DNA from: Octopus sinensis
Lineage: Eukaryota
Direction: 5' to 3'
Assembly: GCF_006345805.1 (NCBI RefSeq)
Contig: NC_043001.1
Coordinates: 30,132,001 to 30,196,000, forward strand
Length of the DNA: 64,000 nt
The position numbers and the translations under genes are program-made. The notes beneath the pieces are model-generated. The model was not told the DNA's origin. It was given only the letters and a program-made list of their open reading frames with translations, and did not search any database. Shown here in pieces: positions 13,310 to 25,457 of the stretch (position 1 is its first letter; the number at the start of each line of letters is the position of its first letter).

Positions 13310-13535
13310 ATATATGTGTGTGTGTGTTTGTGTGTCTGTTTGTCCCCACAACATTGCTTGACAACTGATGCTGGTGTGTTTACGCCCCCGTAACTTAGCG
13401 GTTCAGCAAAAGAGACCAATAGAATAAGTACTAGGCTTACAAAGGATAAGTCCTGGGGTCGATTTGCTCAACTAAAGGTGGTGCTCCAGCATGGCCACAA
13501 TCAAATGACTGAAACAAGTAAAAGAGTAAAGAGAG
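13091..13535 (+). mobile_element. SINE family A (tRNA-like head, central (TA/TG)n, (TAAAAGAG)n tail)
   Basis: Head ggagtggctgtgtggtaag...gggttcagtccc with A/B-box-like words. Near full-length copies also at about 18404-18810(+), 20741-21130(+), 34722-35143(-), 52891-53291(-), 55332-55740(+), 61131-61544(+); many partial copies. Confidence 0.85.
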
Positions 13536-14826
13536 ATATTGGTATTTAGTTTGTTCTTGCTTCGTGTTAGGCTGAGAAAGAACTTTTAACAATCTTTATA
13601 TTTGTTTTCAAGATGTTAGCTCTCTTTCTTAACATCTAATCAATGTATGTGTTGGTATTACTTCTCAATAGATATAGACTCATACTTTTCACAGTAAGTA
13701 GCAGGAACTTGTCTGTCTAATTCAAAAGTATTTCATCAGCTTACAGTAATGAATGCAATTCCTTTGTTGGACCTTGAAAAGGTAACAGAAAGCCTATCTA
13801 GTGTTGAAACTCAGACCAGAACTGACAATTCCCTGAGCTTCGACATGTGTGTCTGTATGCTTCTCTATCTTGACATTACAATCTAATTGTAAACAAACAT
13901 CACTGCCGTGCCAGCAATGTTATTCATAAGCAATATTCTGTGTAAATGTCTAGCTGTTGTACTATTATGTCCAAAGGATGAGGGGAAATATTACTCTGTT
14001 TGAAAACAGATGAGTGCTGGTGATAGGAATAACATCCAGTCTTGGAAAATCTTGCTTCAACAAATTTCATTCGACTCATGCAAGCATAGAAAAGTGTGGC
14101 AGCACTTGGCTTAGAGGTTAGGGTGCTGAATTCATGATGGTAAGATTGTGGTTTTTGATTCCAGGACCAGGTGAAGTGTCGTGTCCTTGAACAAAACACT
14201 TCATTTTACATTGCTCCAGTCCACTCAGCTGGCAAAAATGAATAATCCTGTGACAAACCGGTGTCCTGTCCAGGAAAGAGTATATCATCATCATCATCAT
14301 CATCATCATTTAACGTTCGTTTTCCATGCTAGCATGGGTTGGACGGTTCGACTGGGGTCTGGGAAGCCAGGAGGCTGCACCAGGCTCCAGTCTGATCTGG
14401 CAGTGTTTCTACAGCTGGATGCCCTTCCTAATGCCAACTTCTCTGTGAGTGTAGTGGGTGCTTTTTACGTGCCAATGCCATAGAAACCAGGAAACTGGCC
14501 CTATGTGTCTATATTAATCGAGAAGGATTTATAAACATAGAAAATTATGATATGAACCTAAATTTTGATCTGGTTTAACAAGGAATGAACATGGTACAGT
14601 TACACACAACTCCTCCACATAAACATGAAGTATATTCTTTTTCATTCTCCGCATTTGTACATCATTCAACTTTCAAGTTTTCCTTTAATTTTGTTGTATT
14701 TTCCCTCTGTAAATAATTTTTTTTGTTTTCCTTAAATTTACCTTGATTTATACATTTTTTTTTATTGTTTTACTATTTCATCCATTACAATTTATCTTAT
14801 ATTTTTCTTATACATTTATCCATTAG

Positions 14827-14956
14827 GATTGTAAACATATTTCTCTCATGAAGTTGAAGTTGAAATGGAATCATCTGTATGTTCAGTCATGCCAGAAAAA
14901 TACCCTTCTCTCTAATGATACCTGTATCAACCTGGTGAACAACCTTAAGATTCTTT
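14827..14956 (+). CDS. PRKDC: DNA-PKcs exon 6 in window (FAT)
   Basis: Long pyrimidine tract, cattag|DCKHISLMKLKLKWNHLYVQSCQKNTLLSNDTCINLVNNLKIL+T|gtatgt; KWNHLYVQ aligns with SWVQSYCR; the only candidate I found that bridges phase 0 to phase 1. Confidence 0.8.
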
Positions 14957-15033
14957 GTATGTATATTTTATGAATATTTCGTTTTTGGATTTGGTTTGCA
15001 AGATTCTTTATGTGAGTTCATGTGTTGAAGCAT

Positions 15034-15305
15034 ATTCTGTTGTGTCTATGGAGAGGTATTCTCTTTTGGTGCCTTATAATTTAACACACTCACTGGTAAA
15101 ATTTCCACTTATTTCCTTTTTATTTTTCTAAAATTTTCATTTTCTTGCAACCTTTTCAATAGTTTTGAGAGTCAAGACTATTGAAAAGGTTGCAAGATAA
15201 TGAAAATTTTAGAAAAATAAAAAAGAAATAAGTGGAAATTTTACTGGTGTTTATGTTAAATTACAAGGTACCAAAAAAGAATGACTCTCCCCAGACACAA
15301 CAGAT
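15034..15305. repeat. Foldback/MITE-like inverted repeat, arms about 133 bp
   Basis: 15034-15167 is the reverse complement of 15171-15305 with scattered mismatches; same family as 10155-10290 and 53735-54000. Confidence 0.9.
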
Positions 15306-15324
15306 TATGAATATTTGTTATACT

Positions 15325-15866
15325 TGTAACAGGAACTAATATAGCTTCACTGCACTTTTAAGGTGCAGTTGGTGCATACAAATTACCGTTGCTTTTAATA
15401 TCCAGATTCTACCAGTCAGAAACACAAAACGCAGACGTAAAAAATATATATACTTTATTCTCTTATGACGGTAACAAATAAGTGGTATATCTGGTTCCGC
15501 TTGGTTCTGGGCGTGCAAGGCTGAACTTTAACGCTTGTAGATTTTACAGTGTTCAGCCGCTAAAACAGAACTGTGGTCAAGATGGCGTCAGGAGAGAGAA
15601 GATGATGTGGTCTGCAACAAATCCTGGTTAAAAGTCTTCTGCCGACTGCTGTTATATCAAATCCGGACAGAGAGAGAATTACACGTCTAGTGCCTTCAGT
15701 CGCCGTGTCTCAAGTCAGCCCACTGCTGCTATGTCTCTCCGGACCATTTTAAGGTTCACGCTCCCTTGCTTCGGCTAACTGCCACGTCAGCAAAATTCCC
15801 TCTTCCGGACTTCGCGTATGAGCGAGAGGGCGCTGCGCGCGCGCGCTGCCGGACAGCGTCACTACA
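15325..15866 (-). mobile_element. Solo LTR (Gypsy-like), 542 bp
   Basis: Minus strand TGTAGTGACG...CCTGTTACA; 4-bp TSD TACT at 15321-15324 and 15867-15870; minus-strand AATAAA near 15455; CpG-rich. Confidence 0.85.
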
Positions 15867-16222
15867 TACTGAAATAAATAGTATTTTTCAACTTATAAAA
15901 CTAAGTATATTTTGCTGTACATTTCATACATTATATACTACTTGGTACTCCATTGCCATATACCTGAAAAGAGGATGAGTTTATTCACATTTTTAAAATG
16001 TGGAAACAGTTGTAGGGAGAGAGTAGAGCTTAAAAAAAACATAAAACACTAAATTTTTTGTGTTTATTCAAATGGCAAAGGATTAAAATAAATGGGGGGG
16101 GCGGAGATTATCTAATAACCCATTATTTTGTTTCTATACATTATTTCTTGTAAAAATGAGAATTAGATGATTTCATGTTAATCAACAGATTGAAAATTAG
16201 ATGATTTTATGTTTATCAACAG

Positions 16223-16425
16223 GTGAACATGATCTAAGCCTATTGCCACCTGAGGAGCAAAGTCTGAGGTGGAAACATAATGTACTTTATGGAGAACACT
16301 TGTCATCACTAGCTTCAGTACTGAAGAATGAAGGTGATGAGTTTCAATTTGAAAATCTGCCACTTGATATCCAGCAGAAAATAAGTTACTATGCCGGCTA
16401 TGAAAGCGGAACACTGTCAACAAAG
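16223..16425 (+). CDS. PRKDC: DNA-PKcs exon 7 in window (FAT); probable GC donor
   Basis: caacag|(C)EHDLSLLPPEEQSLRWKHNVLYGEHLSSLASVLKNEGDEFQFENLPLDIQQKISYYAGYESGTLSTK|gcaaag; NVLYG resembles NILLG; the 3' boundary is inferred. Confidence 0.78.
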
Positions 16426-17644
16426 GCAAAGATAAAATTTTATACTATTGTTGTTGTTGTTGTTGTCAGCGGTGTTGGCGTCATTTAGGGAGCTAGGTGA
16501 CAGAACCATTAGGAAAGAAAATGCTTTGCTGTATTTACTTACATTTCTTACTATTCAGAGTGTTAAAATGCTGCTGAGGTCAGCTTTGTTGCTTATCCTT
16601 CCTGAAGTCAATAACATTAGTAACAATCACATATTAGACTTGATTTACTTGACAATTCTTTCATAATAAATTCTAGCCTTGAACCAGTGTTCACTATATC
16701 TTATAAACATCAAGACCATCCAACCCAGTTCCTTCTGCACTCATGTTTATCTTACAGATATAGATCTAAAGAGGATAAAGCTGCATCAGTCATGCAAATA
16801 AGAGAGCTGGTCTGCAAAGAAAATGAGTGCTGCCCCTCCCCACATCTTCTAACTAACTCACAGAAAAAGAATTTAGCCTGCAATACTGAGTTTAAGTCTT
16901 CCAGTCTGCTTGATGCGAGGAAAGAAGCAGCTACTCCTGTACTTAACCTGAAATCAGAATGCTACCAAATCAACTCATTTAGCCTTTCTCTGGATCTAGG
17001 CTCTGGTTTCCAATTCTGGCTGTGCTTGATTACTGGTGTTCAACCATATTTAACTCATCATCATCATCATCGTTTAATGTCTGTTTTCCATGCTAGCATG
17101 GGTTGGACGGTTCAACTTGGGTCTGGGAAGCCAAGAGGTTGCACCAGGCTCCAATCTGATCTGGCAGTGTTTCTACAGCTGGATGCCCTTCCTAATACCA
17201 ACCACTCCATGAGTGTAGTGGGTGCTTTTTACGTGCCACCAGCACAGGTGCCGGGGGAGACTGGCAACACCCACGATCAGTTGGTGCTTTTTACATGCAA
17301 CCGGCACGGAAGTCAGTCATGGTGGCTCTGGCGTCGGCCACGTTTGGATGGTGCTTTTTATGTGCCACTGGCACAGGTATCACAACTACAATTTCCATTT
17401 GATTTGTTGATGTTTATGTACTTGACTCAATAGGTCTCCTCAAGCACAGCAGGTAATCCTACGATCCAAGGTAAGCACAGCAGGCCATCCTGCGATCCAA
17501 GGTACTTTGGATGGGCTGGGGATTGACAAGTAGGATATCAACTCAGGATTTTAGAAAGTTTACTGACATTATTTAGTATGCAACTAAAAAAAAATTATAA
17601 GAAAATTAATTATTAAACAATTTATTTCCTCTAATCAACTCCAG

Positions 17645-17795
17645 GAATTATCTCAGAAATTAATTATTTCTGGCTGTGAATATCTTGAGAAAAATGTTAT
17701 CAGTGATGATTCTGAAGAAAAGTCGGTTTCTGTAAGAGAAAGTATTGGAGAAACACACCTAGCAATTGCTAAATACTGCAATCAGTTTTTGCAAG
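17645..17795 (+). CDS. PRKDC: DNA-PKcs exon 8 in window (FAT)
   Basis: ctccag|ELSQKLIISGCEYLEKNVISDDSEEKSVSVRESIGETHLAIAKYCNQFLQ+G|gtatgt; HLAIAKYCNQFL resembles YMTLADFCDQQL; phase 0/1. Confidence 0.85.
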
Positions 17796-18869
17796 GTATG
17801 TATGCATATGTCAACTATTTCTGATTACCTGTAAAGGCACATGGCCTAGTGATTAGGATGTTGCATTCATCATCATATGATCATGGCTTCAATTCCCAGA
17901 GCAGGTGATGCGTTGTGTTCTTGAGCAAAACACTTCATTCCACATTGCTCCAGTCCTCTCAGCAATAGCTGGGAATTTAACCCAGTGATAGACAAGTCTC
18001 TCATTCATCAGGAAGTGTTGTTGTTATCTTTGTCACTTATATGCCATGGAAACTGGATTAAATTCTGGCTTTATGAGTCCTGGAGCTCATAGCAGATCTA
18101 AGACTAAGTCCTAAGTGTTATATGGTAAGTATCCGCGAGTCTGCCCTTTAACAAGTCTGGTATTTAATCCTGCAGGGTAACAAAATAGCAAGAAAAACAC
18201 CTTCCTCACAAAGAAAACTCTGTGGGGTTGCTAGTTTAGTCACCAACAGCCTGACACAAGTTCTAAGTGTAGCTAGGACTATAATGTTTTATATGCCAGG
18301 TTACCTATTTCATTTCATATTTCTTTATGAACACATCATATTTTGTCTATGTTACTATTTATCTATTTATCTGCTTGTATAATTATGGTATAATTCCATC
18401 AATAGGCGTAGGAGTGGCTGTGTGGTAAGTAGCTTGCTTACGAACCACATGGTCCCGAGTTCAGTCCCACTGTGTGGCACCTTGGGCAAGTATTTTCTAC
18501 TATAGCCACGGGCTGACCAAAGCCTTGTGAGTGGATTTGGTAGACGGAAACTGAAAGAAGCCCATTGCATATATGTATATATATGTGTGTGTGTATATGT
18601 TTGTGTGTCTGTGTTTGTCCCCCCAACATCGCTTGAGAAGTGATGCTGGTGTGTTTACGTCCCCTTAACTTAGCAGTTCAGCAAAAGAGACCGATAGAAT
18701 AAGTACTAGGCTTACAAAGAATAAGTCCTGGGGCCAATTTGCTTGACTAAAGGCAGTGCTCCAGCATGGCCACAGTCAAATGACTGAAACAAGTAAAAGA
18801 GTAAAAGAGACCTTTTATGTTGAACAAACCAATACCAACTGTCAAGTAGTGGTGGGGACTGATGATGTG

Positions 18870-18908
<39 letters not shown>

Positions 18909-21315
18909 GTGTGTATGTGTGTATAAATTTCAAATTTACAGGAAACAAAGGACAAAGACAGGTGAGGGAACTACAGGCTGGTGTATTAGTTTGATGCTCA
19001 GGAAGAACGGAAAAGTCTTTGACATTTTGAGCCCATACTCTTTGACAGAAATTGATGAGGTAAAAAAATGGAGAGAGAGAAAAATGTATAGGGATTAATG
19101 ATTTAACATGATGAGATGATATACACACGCACACATACATACCACCCAGCATACTCTGTTAAGTCGCTGACGCTAGGAAGGACATCCAGCTGTAGAAGCC
19201 ATGCCACAACAGACAGTTGGAGTCTGGACAGCACCCTGCTAACCAGATCCATGTTAAACTGCCCAACCCATGCCAACATGGAAAGCAGACATTAAACTAT
19301 GATGATGATATAGAGAACTGGAGCATGTATTTATCATATGCATAATGACCCTCCCAAGTTACAACAAAATTTTACATTAATTTTCTTAAATATTATTCAT
19401 TTAGTGTTTGGAGAAATTGTTGTAATCATAAGCAAAATGCTGGAATTTATTTCATTCATTTAAATCATACTTTCATTATCAACATGCGAAAAATTTAATC
19501 ATACTTTCAAATTTCATCTTATGTGGTATCAAATACTAAGCCTAAATTTAATATTGGGTTATGCTAGAGCGGTGAGCTAGTAGAATTGTTAACATGCCAG
19601 GCAAAATACTTAGGCATTTCATCCATCCGTATGTTCTGAGTTCAAATTCCACCAAGGTTTTATTTTGTCTTTCATCCTTTCAATGTCGATGAAATAAGTA
19701 CCAGTTGAAGACTAGGGTTGATGTAATTGGCTTAGCCCCTTCCCTGATTTTGCTGGCCTTGTGCCAAAATTTGAAATTAATATTGGGTAATGCTCTTGGC
19801 AGTACACTTTTGCTTGCTTGGATTTCTACTTTTATTTGTTGATTGAGTTGCTAGTGGTTAAAAAATTATCCGATGTATTATAGGTACAGGTATGGCTGTA
19901 TCGTTAAGAATTTGCAATCACTGCATGGTACCTTAGGCAAGTGTCTTCAACTATAGTCTCAAACTGACCAATGCCTTTTGAATGAATTTGGTAAACTGAA
20001 ACTGAAAACCCATCATATTTATATATATATTTATATGTGTATCATCATCATCATCGTTTAATGTCCACTTTCCATGCTAGCATGGGTTGGGCGATTTGAC
20101 TGAGGGCTGGCGAACCAGATGGCTGCACCAGGGCTCCAGTCTTGATCTGGCAGAGTTTCTACAGTTGGACACCTTTCCTAACGCCAACCACTCTGAGAGT
20201 GTAGTGGGTGCTTTTACGTGCCACCAGCACGGGGGCCAGTCAGGTGGTACTGGCAACAACCTCGCTTGAATCTTTTTACACATGCCAACGGCACATGTGC
20301 CAGTAAGGCGATGCTGGTAACAATCCCGCTTGAATGGTACCTCCTACATGCCACCGGCACGGAAGCCACTTAACCGCTCTGGCAACGATCACGCTCGGAT
20401 GGTGCTCTTAGCACCCTACTAGCACAGGGCAATTGTGTATGTATGTATTTACATTTGTGTGTGTCTTTGCCTTTGTGTTTTCCTCACCCTTCACCACTTG
20501 ACAACTAGTGATCCTTTGTCTATTTCCCTGTAACTTATAATTTCAAAAACGACCAATAGAATAAGTACCAGACTTCATACATTATAATTATTGGGACCCT
20601 GCAAGTCACTGTCCCAGCACGGCTGCAATCCAATAACTGAATCAGGTAAAAGGTTAAAACTTCTGTTTTATATAGTGCAAAAATTGATAAAAACACAGAT
20701 AATGCTTGTAAAGCAAAAAAAAAATAATAATAAAAATAAAGGCACAGGAGTGGCTGTGTGGTAAGTAGCTTGCTTACCAACCACATGGCTCCGGGTTCAG
20801 TCCCACTGCGTGGCACCTTAGGCAAGTGTCTTCTACTATAGCCTCGGGCCAACCAAAGCCTTGTGAGTGGATTTGGTAGACGGATACTGAAAGAAGCCCG
20901 TCGTATATATGTATATATGTGTGTGTGTCTGTGTTTGTCCCTCTAGCATTTTTTGACAACCGATGCTGGTGTGTTTATGTCCCCGTCACTTAGTGGTTTG
21001 GCAAAAGAGACCAATAGAATAAGTACTGGGCTTACAAAGAATAAGTCCCGGGGTTGAGTTGCTCGACTAAAGGCGGTGCTCCAGCATGGCCGCAGTCAAA
21101 TGACTGAAACAAGTAAAAGAGTAAGAGTAAAGGCATTGAATCAAGAAACTGAATAGATACATAATGAAATGAAATAACTTGCAACATTTGAAAATGAGCT
21201 AAAACTTTGTTGCAGCTTTCTAATATAAGCATGAAACAATATCAAATGTATGGATGTTAAACACTTTAAATGGCTGTCAACAAACAGCTAAGATGCTTTA
21301 TTCTTAAATTTTCAG

Positions 21316-21458
21316 ATTCACCATCTCTTGGAAATAATCTCATGTCATCTTTACTCAAAGCAATTCGATATGGCATAAAAGAAGCTCAGCAACGTTTCTG
21401 TCATCTACTACAGTTGCTTGAGACTCATGCTGAGAGTATAGATATTTTCATCAATGAG
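21316..21458 (+). CDS. PRKDC: DNA-PKcs exon 9 in window (FAT)
   Basis: tttcag|(D)SPSLGNNLMSSLLKAIRYGIKEAQQRFCHLLQLLETHAESIDIFINE|gtatgt; resembles [24 protein letters not shown]; phase 1/0. Confidence 0.92.
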
Positions 21459-22275
21459 GTATGTAGCTGAGATATGTTAAATAACACTGTGTAACAAAAC
21501 TAAAAAAAAAATTTATATCTTTGGTCAGTAGATGTTATTTCCTATTTGGAAATCTGAGGAAATGACTATTATTCCCTTCAGACTTTGCTTTTGTGACCTG
21601 AACATCAATGTTTTGAAACTGACTCAGTCAAGTCCAGGGATCAATGTAAATGGCTAACCCTCACCCACTAAACTTGGTGATCTTGAGCCAAAATTTGAAA
21701 CGATAATTATTGGTGGTGGTGGTTTGTACTTCTTTACCTTCTGAGTTCAAATTCTGTTGAGGTTAACTTTGCTCTTCATCTTTCCAAAGTTGATAAAATA
21801 AGTACCAGTTGAACACTGGGGTTAATGTAATTGACTAACCCCTACCCCCAAAACTCCAGACCTTGTGCCTAAAGTAGAAAGATTTATTATTAAAATGGTT
21901 GCAAACTGGCAGAGTCATTAGCACACCAGAGAAAATGCTTAGCAGTATTTCATCCATCTTTACATTCTGAGTTCAAATTCTGCCATGGTTGACTTTCTTT
22001 TTCATCTTTCCAGAGTCAATAAAATAAAGTACCAATTGAGTACTGAGGTCAATGTAATTGATTACCCCCTCCCTCAAAACCTTCAGGCCTTGTGCCTAAA
22101 GTAGAAAAGTTTATTATTATTATTTCTATTCAAAATAGGGAGAGTGTTAACATGCTGAGAAATTTGATTAACATTCAAATGCTCGTCACAATTGACTATC
22201 ATATCTTCAGTTATTTTTATAACTTTACTCACAGTTTTCTTTTTTTTTTTGTTCTTGATTTTGTCTTTTTTACAG

Positions 22276-22398
22276 AGCAAGAAAATACCATGTTGGATGT
22301 TCTTGAATTGGATTAATCAAATGATATCACTACTCGATAAACCAAAAGCATATGCCATCCATGATATTGTCTATAACATCGCCTGCCAGTATCCCCAA
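22276..22398 (+). CDS. PRKDC: DNA-PKcs exon 10 in window (end of FAT)
   Basis: ttacag|SKKIPCWMFLNWINQMISLLDKPKAYAIHDIVYNIACQYPQ|gttggt; resembles VPCWQFISWISHMVALLDK...YPQ; phase 0/0. Confidence 0.96.
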
Positions 22399-22736
22399 GT
22401 TGGTATTTTTTTCTTCAAAACGAATTCCTATTTTGTATATTTTCTTTATCATACTGATATAAATTAAATAGTACTACAACCAATTAATCTCCTTTATATT
22501 AGGTTCTTCAGTTAGTAATTCATCTTAATAGCCCGCTTATGCATACCCTTCCTTCATTGGACACTAAACTCTGCTTGCAAAGATCTGTTGAGGCAAGTGA
22601 AAATCGAAATCAAATTCGATGACTAGCATCTATGCTAGTGGAGCGCTAAGAGCACCATCCGAGTGTGATCGTCGCCAGAGCGGCTAACTGGCTTCCGTGC
22701 CAGTGGCACGTAAAAAACACCATTCGAGTTACCCTT

Positions 22737-23990
22737 ATGCTAGAAGATCCACTATGGTCTTACCACTAAGAATTGTTCTCTAGAAAATTTAGCAAACACC
22801 AGAAACGTAAGCAAACAAGACAAATGAAAAGTAACATAAATATAGATTAATTATAAACAAATGTTTCACTATCAACTAATTATGTAATTTTACTTACAAA
22901 ATTTATTTGTAGATCTTCAGTATGATCGTCTTTACAAATATAATTTTCAGAACTACATGCCAGACATCAACACGAGGTCAAAATGCATGCAGTTCTACCT
23001 ATTACACTTGTGGTTATTTTCCAAAAGTCTTCGTTTTGGCGCGCTAAATTACCAGAAATAATACTGCATAAAATAATTCACTGCAGTAGCCTTTGCTGGT
23101 TTGAGAACGTATTAATTTAAAATTAAAATTAAAATGAAGGTAAAAAATTGGATATTAATTTGATAACATCAATTTTAACATCAGTGGTCTAGCATATAAA
23201 AACACTGAGGTTCAGTAAATAATATTACATACATATAAGAGGGAATTTACCACTATGTGGAAACCCTTATGCTAGAAGAAGATCCGCTATCATCTCACCA
23301 CTAAGAATTGTTCTCTAGAAAATTTAGCAAACACCACATAGTGGTAAATTCACTCTTATATGTATGTAATACTATTTACTGAACCTCAGTTTTTTTATAT
23401 GCTAGACCACTGGTGTTAAAATTGAAATTATCAAATTAATATCCAATTTTTCACCTTCATTTTAACTTTAATTTTAAATTAGTACATTCTCAAACTGGCA
23501 AAGGCTACTGCAGTGAATTATTTTATGCAGTATTATTTCCGGTAATTTAGCACACCAAAACGAAGACTTTTGAAAAATAACCACAAGTGTAATAGGTAGA
23601 ACTGCATGCATTTTCAACCTCGTGTTGATGTCTGGCGTCTAGGTCTGCAAATTATATTTGTATAAACGATCATACTGAAGATCTACAGATAAATTATGTA
23701 AGTAAAATTACGTAATTTGTTGATAGTAAAACATTTGTTTATGATTAATCTATATTTTTGTTACTTTTCATTTGTCTTGCTCGCTTACGTTTCTGGTGTT
23801 TGCTAAATTTTCTAGAGAAAAATTCTTAGTGATAAGACCATAGCGGATCTACTTCTAGCATTATGGTAAATTCCCTCTTATATGTATATAATACTATTTA
23901 CTGAACCTCAATTTTTTTTTATGCTAGACCACTGGTGTTAAAATTGATGTTATCAAATTAATATCCAATTTTTCACCCTCATTTTAATTT
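22737..23990. repeat. Large foldback: arms of about 525 bp plus two partial copies
   Basis: 22737-23260 is inverted relative to 23334-23861; the 73-bp spacer copies the outer end of the left arm; 23865-23990 repeats the start of the right arm. Confidence 0.93.
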
Positions 23991-24002
23991 TAATATATAT
24001 AT

Positions 24003-24042
<40 letters not shown>

Positions 24043-24099
24043 CAAATTTTCAGACTGAAAAAATATAGCAATATGTAATGTTATATTTTTATTTTTCAG

Positions 24100-24188
24100 G
24101 CTATTATATATTCATTCAAAATCAGTAATGAAGGCTTCAGATTTGAAGGAAATGACAGTGGAACACAAAACAGAAAATTTGTCGAAAA
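24100..24188 (+). CDS. PRKDC: DNA-PKcs exon 11 in window
   Basis: tttcag|AIIYSFKISNEGFRFEGNDSGTQNRKFVE+AA|gtgagt; resembles AIVYPFIISSESYSF...HKNKEFV; phase 0/2. Confidence 0.94.
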
Positions 24189-25230
24189 GTGAGTTCATTT
24201 CTCATCTCAATCGAATCATAAAACCTATCAATTTCATTTTTTGCCAACTACATTTCCATGCTTCCATAAGTTAAACTGTCTTTGCGACTTCCTTTAAATT
24301 TGCATGTTATCAGGGGCAATTGCTTGCTCCATTAGTTGTTTACCATTTCGGATGCTAATTACTTCAATGAAATATACTATTGACTACACAGGCCTTAAGG
24401 CATGCAGGATTATGTGCTTTGTTCATGGACACAACAGAAAGTCTGCAATATTAATGATTATTTCTTTATTGCCCACAAGGGGCTAAACATAGAGGGGACA
24501 AACAATTCATTCAGTTAAAATTCATCAAGCTGGTGCTCTAGCATGGCCACAGCCTAATGATTGAAACAAGTAAAAAAAAAAAAGATATCTGTTCAAAATC
24601 ATTATTAAGCAGTCCTGCAGATGATGAGGATAATTCATTGTGCAGCTATTTATGAAGAGATTAAGGTGCAGGTATGGGTGTGTGGTTAAGAAGCTTGATT
24701 CCCAACCATGTGGACTTGGGTTCAGTCCTACTGTGCAGCACTTTGGGCAAGTATCTTCTGCTGTAGCCCAAAGCCTTATGAGTGCATTTGATAGAAGGAA
24801 ACTGAAAGAAGTCTGCCATATGTGTGTGTGTGTGTGTGTTTCTATGTACTTCTGTCTTGACATCACATAATGATTGAATATTGCCTTGCTTGAAAACAAG
24901 GAAAGGCATCCAGACAGAAAATCTTCATCAGTAAATTCCATCTGACCTTTGGAAAAGTGGACGATAAATGGCAGCTGCTGTTGCTCTTGCTGTTGTTATT
25001 GTTGTTAACACTATTTAACCGTTATAGGTAGTAGGCCATTGTAATGAATAAATATGCATTACCCTAGAACAAAAAGAAATTTTCCTTTTTCTTACTAGTT
25101 TTGAGCAAGGTAACCTCAGGTAGTTTTGATCATTCAGCAACTTTTCCTCAGGTGTGTATGTATGTGTATGTGGGGGAGAGGCACATATACCAATGTGTAT
25201 AGTGTCAGTTTATTAAATGAGAAGGAAAGT

Positions 25231-25457
25231 AAGGTGGCAAGCTGGCAGAAACGTTAGCACGCCGGGTGAAATGCTTTGCAGTATCTCGTCCACCACTGCG
25301 TTCTGAGTTCAAATTCCACCAAGGTCAACTTTGCCTTTCATCCTTTCGGGGTTGATAAATTAAGTACCAGTTACGCACCGGGGTTGATCTAATCGACTTG
25401 ACCCTTTGTCTGTCCTTGTTTGTCCCCTCTATGTTTGGCTCCTTGCGGGCAATAAAG
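25231..25457 (+). mobile_element. SINE family C, full-length, with 16-bp TSD
   Basis: TSD aaatgagaaggaaagt at 25215-25230 and 25458-25473; tRNA-like head plus the central motif gactttgcctttcatcctttcggggttgataaattaagtacc. Other TSD-bounded copies at 37988-38214(+), 56976-57209(-), 58081-58305(-). Confidence 0.9.

Noticed and set aside
13695-13781. Candidate exon TCLSNSKVFHQLTVMNAIPLLDLEK, superficially like human QVLTVLKTVSLLD
   Set aside because: In-frame TAA at 13695, available acceptors give the wrong phase, and 14827-14956 fits both phases and the alignment better.
15362-15470. Open frame ending GAC G|gtaaca, a possible exon
   Set aside because: Lies inside the TSD-bounded solo LTR and has no phase-0 acceptor.
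16687-17433. 248-aa ORF and many similar 60-180-aa ORFs in the track (for example 7204, 29509, 44354, 57399, 63385)
   Set aside because: They read through non-coding repeat copies and microsatellites. The recurring peptides (FLQLDALPNANHS, poly-H, poly-M, YIYI) are translations of SINE/UTR sequence, not genes.
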